Shown piece after piece: positions 9,485 to 17,391 of a DNA stretch of 64,000 nucleotides. Numbering within the stretch: position 1 is the stretch's first letter; each line of letters begins with the position of its first letter. The stretch spans positions 68 through 64,067 of the forward strand of contig JAYEJB010000059.1 of assembly GCA_034716415.1 (NCBI GenBank), read 5' to 3'. Source of the stretch: Patescibacteria group bacterium. GTDB lineage: Bacteria > Patescibacteriota > Patescibacteriia > SG8-24. The translations under genes were made by a program, and so were the position numbers. The notes below the pieces were generated by a model. The model saw only the letters and a program-made list of their open reading frames with translations, was not told the DNA's origin and ran no database searches.

Positions 9485-12400
9485 TTAACCAACCGGCATG
9501 AACAGCCGGTAGAGAAAGGTCCAAGCGTTGAGGGTGACATACCTCTCGGAGAGGGAGAGTGGAGCGGTCCGGGCGGGCTTTATCTTACCGTCCGTGACGC
9601 GCACGCCTCTCGCCTTCATCTCGGCGACATCGAGACCCTTGGCCTTCACGAACTCCTCGGTCATGGGCGTCGGGATGCTGCGACGGAGGTGCTCCGTGCG
9701 ACCGTCGTGGGTGACCTCGATGTCGATGCCCGTGCCGCATTCCCAGCAGGAGCCGATGTCGGTCAAGGTGAACTGTAGGACCTTGTAGTCGGTGTTGACC
9801 TCCGTGGAGAGATTCTCGTAGTCGGCAACGAAACCTTCCGGCGGTTCGACCGTGACCGTGACGCCCCAGTCCCCTTCCGAGTCGAAGACGAACGGGTAGA
9901 GTTCCGTGGTGTCATCCCACTCGATGTACTCCGGTTCGATGACGTAGAGAACCGAGCCATCGTGCTTGGATGTCTTGGCCGGGACGGAAGTGCCGTCCGC
10001 GCGGACGATGACGTTGAGGCGCTTATCGACGGTGTCGCCGTTGGCGAGAATGCCGGAGTGGACGCCGGCCACGACCGTGGTCTGCGGGTCTTCGGAGACA
10101 AGGAGATATTCACCCGGATCGAGGGTCATGAGAGCGTGACCGTCGGATCCGGTGGTGCCGGTGCCGTCAGGGATACAGGTCGAGAGGACGGTGGAGTAGT
10201 CGTGCGGATTGTATCCGATGGTGTCGGCGCAGGAACTGGAGATTTTGGTGTATGCGTTGACTGTGGCACCGACCACGGGCTCCTTGGTGCTGCCAGGTTC
10301 GTTCCCCTGCCCCACGGTGTGACGGCGAAAGAGCACGGAGAGCTCAGCGGAGGACAAGTCGATGGTAATCTCCAGCGTCTGTGTAACTTCCTCGTTCCCG
10401 GCGTTGTCCGTGGCGCCAAAGTGGAGGGTATGGGTGCCTTCTTCGGTGAGTTCGATGGAGCCCGAGTACTCGCTCCAATTGAGGCCGCCGTCGGTGGAGT
10501 ACAGGAGTGAGGCGACGCCGGTGCCTGAAGGGCCGTCGTCGGCTGTGAGGACCACTGTGACCGGGGTGACGTACGTGACGCCGTCAGGGGCGAGAGTGCC
10601 CGTAACCTCGGCGATAGTGACCGGTGCGGTGGTATCGACCACTCCCGGGGCGATGCTGACGTCCGTGGTGCCGGAAACGGCATGGACGACCGCCTCGTCA
10701 GGCTCGACTGACTGGGCTTCAAGAATCGTTGAGGTGTATATCCCCGAGGCCGGATCGATGTACCGGGCATAAATGTCGTATGAGTCGGAGGTATCGGGAA
10801 GCTGCGCGGCGATGTCCGGATTCGCTGCCAGGAACTCGGCGTTGTCGTGCGCGGAGACCACGTGGCGGCACCCTTCATTCCCCTCCGGCGGGAAGAAGAT
10901 CCATTCCGGAGCACCTTGGTTGTCGCCATTCATGATGACGTCATCGATCTCCGCCTCATACTCGCCGGTTTCGTAGTTCATGCCGACGTGCCGCCCGTCA
11001 TCGCAGTACACATGGAGGTCGAGGTCGGGCTGCACAGAACCTTCAACAAACGGGGCATACCTGATCTGCTCGAACGGCCAAGCTGAACGGAACGGAGCAT
11101 CATCGATAAATCTAGCTAAAGCACCGAACACGACGAATGTAATCACCATGATGCCGATCACAACACCGATTACCATCTTCAGACGTTTAATACGTCCCTT
11201 CCCTTGTTCAGAGCGATTCTTTCTCGTTAAGACGACGATTGCGACAGCTGACAGCAAAACCACTAAAATCGCGAGTTCGATAATCAACAACCCAAGAACA
11301 TAGCCCGACGGTTCAACGCGATAGACGTCCTCCACGACAAGCGTACCCTCCTCCTCTGTACCCAGCACCACATTGCCGTCGGGGTTAATGATCAATGTCA
11401 AACCCTGTAAAATTGCAAGCGGCCTTAAGACTTCCCCGACAACAACGCCCGGCAAATTCAATGCGAACCAAGCTGCATCCATCTCACCGATAACAGCCTC
11501 AATCTCCAGTTGGCCATCAACGGCCCTCAGATCATTGGCCTTGATCGTCACGAGATGTGAAAAATCATTATAGCTCTCATGTATCGTGGGACTAAGAAGA
11601 CCGTCATTGGCTGTCATCAACGGATCGACAATACCGTTGCCGGGTATCGTCACTACGTCTGACTCATCGTTCACGTAATACACGACAAGATGATTATCAT
11701 CGATTCCGGGCAACGATGTGTCCCAGTTACCGTATTCTTCGTTACTGGTCCTTGATTCAATCAGCAGATATTCCGATTCAGCCTGCGAAAGATCTAACCG
11801 AAGGACTTCGTCTCCGAAGGAAGACGAGGAAAGCGATTCGACCCAAACATTACTGGGGTAATTCCCTGATCCGTATCGCGATTCAGTCAACCAACCTAAA
11901 TTTATCCTGCTATAAGCGGTCATCGAGGCGGGATTCGATCCACCATCATTCTTACTGGCAGTCGCCATGACACCCCAAGCCCTGACATCACCACGCCTAT
12001 ACAGATCGGGCAGTAAATCTGAATCGGGCGACATAAGTGGCTTCATCACGTGCCCTAACTCATGTACCCATACACCCAGCGGTTCGGTTTCAGCGACTGT
12101 AATGAAATGACTGTCCGGATCATGGATGACGGCAGCAAACGAATGAATCAGGTCGGTCTGATTCTCATGCTCTTTACCGTCGCCGGCATGCACCAACAGG
12201 ACGGCATCAACGGTGGTCGTATCAATACCAGATACCGCTAAAGTATCTGATACAAGAGCCAGTCTTGATGATGGGCTATTTACACCATAATCATTTAAGT
12301 AGCCGGGTAAGTCATACCAATCGCCCGCATTATCCATTATTAATGGTTCGATATTGACTGCACCGAACGAGTTCTCCCGAAAATAATCATTCACGCAGAG

Positions 12401-14080
12401 CAGAAGATCCTCATAGTATTCCCTCCCATGTCCGTCAGCGTAGGTCTTCTCCTCGATGAGCTTGCAGGGCTGGGCGGTGATAGGTCCGGATTCGTGCTGG
12501 ACGTCAGCGAGATCAGCCAGGATGACCGCGACCGTGATGATCTGCGCATCGACTGTCTTCCACGGTTCGAAAGCGACGTTGTCGGAGACGGTATCACCGA
12601 GACCGTCCGGATTGAGCATGCCGTGGTAGGGACCTGATGCGTCACCCCACCAATTGTCGGTCGCGGTGAGGGTGCCGGACGGAGAGTTGTTCAGGGCGCC
12701 GTAATGGACGTTGTCGTGGATACTGCCATCCGTGACCGTGGCGTTCCCACCGGCCATGGCGTAACCGTAGAGGTTGTGATCGATCTCGGTGCGGGAGACG
12801 GTCGCCGTGCCGCCGTATTGGAGGATGCCGTACTCGAGGGAGTCATGGACATGCGAATCGGAGATCAAGAGGGAGATGTTCGTGCCATCCAGGGTGACGC
12901 CGCCGCGACAGGGTCCGGGTGAGCAGACGACTCCGGCGTAACGGATGTCGACGTAATTGATGGTTCCCGAGGTGTTCGGTCCGAAGACGATACCGTCCCA
13001 GTCTCCCGGGGCGGGGGTGGTGACGCTACCGTCGCTGTTCGTATCACCTCCGACCGTGTCGTCATGGATGGAGGTGAAGACGACCGGTGCGGCTGAGGTA
13101 CCGTTCACGACGAGGGTGCCGTCGTTCTGCAAGGTGCTGAATTGTTCGCCCTTGACGACAGTGCCGGGATTGATGGCGAGAGTGTGATATTGCGGAATCG
13201 TAAAACGGGTGCCACCGGGGTGCGTAGCGTCCTCTATTATATATGGAAGGTCCGCGCTCCAGGTCTGGTCGTGGGTGAGGAAACCGTACATCAGGAGTCC
13301 GTTCCGGGCACTGCCGGTGCTGATGTTACCGGAAGCCGAGACGAGGTCCACCCCGCCGTTGATACGAGCCGAGGCGCTGGCGTTCGCGGTGAAGGTGTTG
13401 TTCGTGAGCGTCAGGGTACCTTCCCAAGCGTTGGCGTTCACGCCGTAATAGTCGTTGTCGTGGATGATGTTGTCGGCAAGGGTCGCGGTGCCATGGGCGA
13501 GAGAGAAACCGTACGGCTGATGATCGATCTCGGTCCCGGCGACGGTCACCAGGCCGTCGTACTGGACAATGCCGTATGTCAGAGAATCATGGACGCGTCC
13601 GGAGATGATGTCGATCGGACCGGTGACGATGGTGATGCCGCCACGACAGATTCCGGAACAGGGCGCGCCGGCGTAGCTGATATCGGCGTGGACAAGGGTG
13701 CTCTCTGCACTGCCGGAATCGAAGAGGATGCCGTTCCAGCTTCCGGGAGTCGCGGAGAGAGAGGTGAAGACCGCCGGGGCGGACTCGGTACCGTTGACGT
13801 TGAGACTGCCTTCGACGGTGAGGCCGGTGCCGGTCGCAAACTCGACGGTGACGCCGGATTCGATGGTCAGGGTCGCTCCAGCCGGAACGATGGCGTCGGA
13901 GTCGACCGTGTACGGACTGCTGGCGGCGTTCCAGACCGTGCCGTCGGGGATGGTGCCGGAGACGGGTGTGGCTGCCCGTGCCGAAAAGACGGGCAATAAC
14001 AAGAACAACAGCAGAGACGTTGCAGTCGAAAAGATAAACTTGCGACGGATGAAGGATGATATGTCTTTTACCATATACAT
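9485..14080 (-). CDS. Secreted, membrane-anchored multidomain protein: parallel beta-helix repeats, M6-like zinc metallopeptidase, 2 TM helices, Ig-like domains
   Basis: Signal peptide (...PVFSARA); two GT..AP.VFTS...PG.W.GI.F modules; VHAGDG...HELGH...LPDLY...WGVMA; DTTAPVT Ig-like module. Confidence 0.88.
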   Translation of the reverse strand: MYMVKDISSFIRRKFIFSTATSLLLFLLLPVFSARAATPVSGTIPDGTVWNAASSPYTVDSDAIVPAGATLTIESGVTVEFATGTGLTVEGSLNVNGTESAPAVFTSLSATPGSWNGILFDSGSAESTLVHADISYAGAPCSGICRGGITIVTGPIDIISGRVHDSLTYGIVQYDGLVTVAGTEIDHQPYGFSLAHGTATLADNIIHDNDYYGVNANAWEGTLTLTNNTFTANASASARINGGVDLVSASGNISTGSARNGLLMYGFLTHDQTWSADLPYIIEDATHPGGTRFTIPQYHTLAINPGTVVKGEQFSTLQNDGTLVVNGTSAAPVVFTSIHDDTVGGDTNSDGSVTTPAPGDWDGIVFGPNTSGTINYVDIRYAGVVCSPGPCRGGVTLDGTNISLLISDSHVHDSLEYGILQYGGTATVSRTEIDHNLYGYAMAGGNATVTDGSIHDNVHYGALNNSPSGTLTATDNWWGDASGPYHGMLNPDGLGDTVSDNVAFEPWKTVDAQIITVAVILADLADVQHESGPITAQPCKLIEEKTYADGHGREYYEDLLLCVNDYFRENSFGAVNIEPLIMDNAGDWYDLPGYLNDYGVNSPSSRLALVSDTLAVSGIDTTTVDAVLLVHAGDGKEHENQTDLIHSFAAVIHDPDSHFITVAETEPLGVWVHELGHVMKPLMSPDSDLLPDLYRRGDVRAWGVMATASKNDGGSNPASMTAYSRINLGWLTESRYGSGNYPSNVWVESLSSSSFGDEVLRLDLSQAESEYLLIESRTSNEEYGNWDTSLPGIDDNHLVVYYVNDESDVVTIPGNGIVDPLMTANDGLLSPTIHESYNDFSHLVTIKANDLRAVDGQLEIEAVIGEMDAAWFALNLPGVVVGEVLRPLAILQGLTLIINPDGNVVLGTEEEGTLVVEDVYRVEPSGYVLGLLIIELAILVVLLSAVAIVVLTRKNRSEQGKGRIKRLKMVIGVVIGIMVITFVVFGALARFIDDAPFRSAWPFEQIRYAPFVEGSVQPDLDLHVYCDDGRHVGMNYETGEYEAEIDDVIMNGDNQGAPEWIFFPPEGNEGCRHVVSAHDNAEFLAANPDIAAQLPDTSDSYDIYARYIDPASGIYTSTILEAQSVEPDEAVVHAVSGTTDVSIAPGVVDTTAPVTIAEVTGTLAPDGVTYVTPVTVVLTADDGPSGTGVASLLYSTDGGLNWSEYSGSIELTEEGTHTLHFGATDNAGNEEVTQTLEITIDLSSAELSVLFRRHTVGQGNEPGSTKEPVVGATVNAYTKISSSCADTIGYNPHDYSTVLSTCIPDGTGTTGSDGHALMTLDPGEYLLVSEDPQTTVVAGVHSGILANGDTVDKRLNVIVRADGTSVPAKTSKHDGSVLYVIEPEYIEWDDTTELYPFVFDSEGDWGVTVTVEPPEGFVADYENLSTEVNTDYKVLQFTLTDIGSCWECGTGIDIEVTHDGRTEHLRRSIPTPMTEEFVKAKGLDVAEMKARGVRVTDGKIKPARTAPLSLSERYVTLNAWTFLYRLFMPVG

Positions 14081-14190
14081 GGATGTTGAGACCTAAACCT
14101 GCATTGATTGTATCACAGCCGCTCTAGATCAACCGAGATGCGGCTCCACCATGAACATAAGTGATATGCTCTGTGGAATTATTGGCTGAC

Positions 14191-14212
14191 TACCGTGCGT
14201 GGGACTCGAACC
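14191..14212 (-). other. Isolated tRNA-like 3' fragment (possible att scar)
   Basis: GGTTCGAGT-CCCAC-GCACGGT-A has T-loop, 5-nt T-stem arm, 7-nt acceptor arm and discriminator geometry; no 5' half present. Confidence 0.4.
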
Positions 14213-14360
14213 GTCAAATAAGTCTAAAATTTCAGATTCCTATCCGAGTGCCGATTTCTGCATAAGATATGACGAGTGCAATCGCCTGCGAAACGAGGCC
14301 TGAAAATATGCAAACTGCTAATGCTGCCCCCCCCCCGACACTTTCGAAAGGAAGACCAAG

Positions 14361-14714
14361 TTGTCTGACTCCCTGGTTGATATCCCTCTTGTCCATGCGC
14401 TTTATGATACATACGCTTGCTGGCACCAGCTTGCACTTAAGTTCCCGAAGTCGCAGCGCTACACCCTCGGCCGGAGGTGCGATGACTATATGCTCTCTGT
14501 ACTGGAACTCGTCCTTGAAGCGGCTACGGCCGGCGAACCGAAGAAAAAAGAATCGGCTATCGTCGCCGCAAGCGCCAAGCTCGACACACTTAAGCTGTTG
14601 GTCCGGCTCTCCAAGGACTGTAAGTGTATCTCACACCGGCACTACCAGGCCATGGAGACCCGCCTTTACCGCATCGGCAGGATGACGGGCGGCTGGCTCA
14701 AGTCGATGCGATAG
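14361..14714 (+). CDS. avd: DGR accessory variability determinant (four-helix bundle)
   Basis: KFPKSQRYTLG...LDTLKLLVRLSKD..CIS...Y......L..IGRMTGGWLKS; TTG start with AAGGAAG upstream; next to the TR. Confidence 0.9.
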   Translation: MSDSLVDIPLVHALYDTYACWHQLALKFPKSQRYTLGRRCDDYMLSVLELVLEAATAGEPKKKESAIVAASAKLDTLKLLVRLSKDCKCISHRHYQAMETRLYRIGRMTGGWLKSMR

Positions 14715-14716
14715 GC

Positions 14717-14742
14717 AAAAAACGCCGACATTGGCGTTCTTT
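14717..14742. terminator. Bidirectional terminator-like hairpin between avd and TR
   Basis: AAAAAACGCC-gacatt-GGCGTTCTTT. Confidence 0.65.
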
Positions 14743-14754
14743 GCGCGGGCAGGC

Positions 14755-14890
14755 ACTCCCGGGCAGAGGGCACCGAGTAGTCCGAGTTGTCGTTACTGTG
14801 CCAGTTGGCGTTCAAATTCACCTTGCCGGAGTCGGTGTTGCGGTTCACGATCGGCACGTTCTGCCACGACTCATCGTCGTTCTCGGGGAC
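14755..14890 (-). repeat. DGR template repeat (TR)
   Basis: 136-bp ungapped match to 15216-15351; reads VPENDDESWQNVPIVNRNTDSGKVNLNANWHSNDNSDYSVPSARE with 9 AAY codons. Confidence 0.96.
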
Positions 14891-15125
14891 CATCAGCATT
14901 ACGCCGCCCCCTTCCGGACCACCGGACACAGACGCGTCCATGCCCTGTATTTTATGCGGAATCCACTGGCCTATGGCCCCGATTCCAAGGGAAGGCGCGG
15001 AGTACCCGTCCATCGCGCCGCGCGCTCCGCAGATCCGTGAACATACGGACTCTGGCGGCATATGCGATAGCGAGGGATTTCGGCGACGCATACCCGTAAA
15101 TATGCGTTCATGAGCCTATTCTCCA
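14891..15125 (-). ncRNA. Putative structured 5' leader of the DGR template RNA
   Basis: Several stems (ACGCATA/TATGCGT, GCGGAG/CTCCGC, GGAATC/GATTCC) between a candidate promoter and the TR. Confidence 0.45.
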
Positions 15126-15131
15126 ATAGTG

Positions 15132-15161
15132 AGTATACGAAAAAAGAACCCGGAGGGCCAA
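15132..15161 (-). promoter_or_regulatory. Candidate sigma70 promoter for the TR RNA
   Basis: TTGGCC-18 nt-TATACT on the minus strand. Confidence 0.4.
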
Positions 15162-15189
15162 GGTCCAAAGACCAAGGCCATCCGAGTTC
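15140..15189 (-). terminator. Hairpin downstream of VR (terminator and/or DGR cis-acting hairpin)
   Basis: GAACTCGGA-T-GGCC-TT-GGTC-tttg-GACC-TT-GGCC-C-TCCGGGTTC followed by a T-run. Confidence 0.6.
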
Positions 15190-15213
15190 AAAGGTTCCGA
15201 GTGCCGAGTTCCG

Positions 15214-16053
15214 CTACTCCCGGGCAGAGGGCACCGAGCAGTGCGAGACGTCGTAACTGTGCCAGTAGGCGTCCAAATGCACCTTGCCGGAGTCGGTGTC
15301 GCGGTACACGATCGGCACGCACTGCCACGACCCAGCGTCGTACTCGGGGACATTGATCTCGTACCCGGCACAGAACCACGCGCACCATTCATTATAATCG
15401 ATAGCGCGCACCCGGTCGGGCACGAGCCAGGCGAGCACGAGGCCTTCGTCGGCGAGCGACCTTGATCTGCGCACGGACGTGACGGAGTTGCGCTTGCGGT
15501 GAGCGGACAGGTCGGGGATTATGATCCACTCGACCACTGGCATGAGGCTACCGTTGCCGTTCAGGAGCCGGAGCCTGTCCACATTTTCGCCTCGGTACGG
15601 GTGCTCTCCGGATAGCAGCAAGTCCCATCGCCAGGACTTGTCGTGGGCGTGTTTCACGGCATCGGCGTGGGCTTCGAAGGTCCTGATGACCCCATCGCGC
15701 CCCTTGCCGAAACGAATGCGGAAGCTACGGTAGGCGTCCCGACCTTCCGGCCACTCGAGAGCGGTCTCGGCGAGACGCGTACAGACGGCCTCGATATCCC
15801 CGATGTGGGGATGACCGCTGTCTTTCCAGAAGCCGTTCATCTCGCGCAGGGCGGCAAGCTGCTCTTCGACCGTCTGCTTGAAGGGGTTGATGTTCACCAG
15901 GCCGAACACCTGGAGAAGCGCCTCGACCGCTCTGTCCGCGCCGCCCTCCTTGCGGATGGCGGTAGCCAGTTCGGCCGTGAACTTCGGATGCCCGAGAAGT
16001 ACCCGGACGGTCTCGAAACCGCGAGAAAACGTGTCATCATTCAGGCGTGCCAT
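15214..16053 (-). CDS. DGR target protein (279 aa) with C-terminal variable region
   Basis: ATG at 16053 preceded by AAAAGGAGGT; the last 45 codons are the VR, which ends at the TAG. Confidence 0.9.
   Translation of the reverse strand: MARLNDDTFSRGFETVRVLLGHPKFTAELATAIRKEGGADRAVEALLQVFGLVNINPFKQTVEEQLAALREMNGFWKDSGHPHIGDIEAVCTRLAETALEWPEGRDAYRSFRIRFGKGRDGVIRTFEAHADAVKHAHDKSWRWDLLLSGEHPYRGENVDRLRLLNGNGSLMPVVEWIIIPDLSAHRKRNSVTSVRRSRSLADEGLVLAWLVPDRVRAIDYNEWCAWFCAGYEINVPEYDAGSWQCVPIVYRDTDSGKVHLDAYWHSYDVSHCSVPSARE
15216..15351 (-). repeat. DGR variable repeat (VR)
   Basis: 15 mismatches to the TR, 14 at TR adenines. Confidence 0.96.
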
Positions 16054-16205
16054 GTGGCATACCTCCTTTTCATGCCGTCGGCTTACCCTTGTCGCGCCCC
16101 ATGCACGATGTCGGGCATACCCGTTGAAAACGGCGTACTGGAGCCGGCGGCTCGGCCACAGTACGTCGTTTTCAACGACAGTGGAATTGGAATGTTCAAC
16201 AGTAG

Positions 16206-16234
16206 ACAATAGCATGAAAATACTCGACTGTCAA
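16206..16234 (-). promoter_or_regulatory. Sigma70 promoter of the DGR target gene
   Basis: TTGACA-17 nt-TATTGT with TG extended -10. Confidence 0.65.
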
Positions 16235-16360
16235 GAACACGTGAAGCAAAACGCAGGACTTTCATCCCGCGTCTGCATATCTCCAGTTTCAGCTGTTCCG
16301 GTCTTCCTGAACCCTGCACTCGCAGGGGTCGCGTACCGGTCCACCTGAAAAAATTGTTGG

Positions 16361-16435
16361 TGGCTCCGAGGGCGAGATTCGAACTCGCGACCAATTGGTT
16401 AACAGCCAACTGCTCTACCACTGAGCTACCTCGGA
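16361..16435 (-). tRNA. tRNA-Asn(GTT)
   Basis: TCCGAGGTAGCTCAGTGGTAGAGCAGTTGGCTGTTAACCAATTGGTCGCGAGTTCGAATCTCGCCCTCGGAGCCA folds as a cloverleaf with encoded CCA. Confidence 0.97.
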
Positions 16436-16490
16436 ATATCTTGTTTTTTACTTAGCATGGCTACGATCGGCCACGGCCACGCTTATCACG

Positions 16491-16567
16491 ACTTGTCCCC
16501 CGAAGCTTTACTTGTCCTCCATAGCTTTAGCGAAGGAGGAGCGAAGGGGGAAGCTACCTCGGAATAT
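16491..16567. repeat. Nested REP (one copy inside another) abutting a 16-bp duplicate of the tRNA-Asn 5' end
   Basis: TTGTCCCCCGAAGCTTTA[CTTGTCCTCCATAGCTTTAGCGAAGGAGGA]GCGAAGGGGGA; AGCTACCTCGGAATAT at 16424-16439 and 16552-16567. Confidence 0.75.
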
Positions 16568-16620
16568 GCTCTGGCGAAAGGAATATTAACATAATAACCC
16601 GATTTTGCAAGAGCTGGAAT

Positions 16621-16754
16621 GAGACTGTTGCACAGCCTCCTTTGTCATTATGAGGGAGCGGAGCGACCGCGGCAATCCCGTTGGTTTAAGTCCGAACACG
16701 GGATTGCTTCGACCTTCGGTCTCGCAATGACAAAGGAGGCTGTGCAACGATCTC
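16621..16754. mobile_element. MITE-like element: GTCATT...AATGAC REP with extended terminal inverted repeats
   Basis: GAGActGTTGCACAGCCTCCTTTGTCATT ... AATGACAAAGGAGGCTGTGCAACgaTCTC. Confidence 0.7.
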
Positions 16755-16840
16755 AAAATAGACATCCGGCAGTCCGCGTGGGATACTGCCCCTACGGCCG
16801 TCAGGCCTATTTTTTGAAGCTCATTCCACAAGGAGGTCTT

Positions 16841-17344
16841 TTGATAGACGGAAAACAGATATGGCAGGCTATCCTGAAGGACAACGCCTGTATGGAGGAG
16901 ATGCCGGAAGGGGAACAACAGGACGTCATGCGACAATACATCGAGCGTCGCCTGCTCACCGTGTTCGGAAACCTCATCGACGCACCGGCGACCGCGACGA
17001 ACGTCTATCGCGCGCGCATCGCCCACGCGTCAGCCTTCATTCTTGAGGGCTGGTTCCTGCGGATGATAGAGGCCTCGACCGAATACAGGGAGAACCCGCT
17101 TAGGCGAGCTTTCCTCCTATACGAGATTCAGCTTCGTAGTTACGCCATGCTTGAGAGGCTCGCTCCGCTTCAGGGTGACATCTTCAACTTCATGCTGATG
17201 GACGGCAAGTCCGACAGGAAACATCTCCTAGAGCTCGGCGTGACCGCGGAAAACATCTGGCAATGCGTCAGGGGCGAGATGACCATCGGCGAGCTATTCG
17301 CCGGACAGCCCTACGTCTTCCTCAAACTCTACGGCAAAAGCTAA
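16841..17344 (+). CDS. Hypothetical protein (~167 aa)
   Basis: TTG start after AGGAGG at 16831; own terminator; the upstream ORF extension runs through a repeat. Confidence 0.65.
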   Translation: MIDGKQIWQAILKDNACMEEMPEGEQQDVMRQYIERRLLTVFGNLIDAPATATNVYRARIAHASAFILEGWFLRMIEASTEYRENPLRRAFLLYEIQLRSYAMLERLAPLQGDIFNFMLMDGKSDRKHLLELGVTAENIWQCVRGEMTIGELFAGQPYVFLKLYGKS

Positions 17345-17369
17345 GACCGCCCTTTCGGGCGGCCTTTTT
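17345..17369 (+). terminator. Intrinsic terminator
   Basis: CCGCCC-tttc-GGGCGG followed by CCTTTTT. Confidence 0.7.
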
Positions 17370-17391
17370 ATCTATTCTCCCCTTTCCTATC

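Noticed and set aside
9267-9524. Possible recombinase remnant at the island boundary
   Set aside because: No catalytic or otherwise recognisable integrase motif; too short to support
14666-15091. 141-aa minus-strand ORF resembling the DGR target C-terminus
   Set aside because: It is the TR read in frame, running into the antisense of avd; TRs are typically non-coding templates
16054-16215. N-terminal extension of the DGR target in the ORF track
   Set aside because: It overlaps the promoter; the strong RBS supports the ATG at 16053
16619-16840. N-terminal 74 codons of the 241-aa plus-strand ORF
   Set aside because: Runs through a REP/MITE; the RBS supports the TTG at 16841
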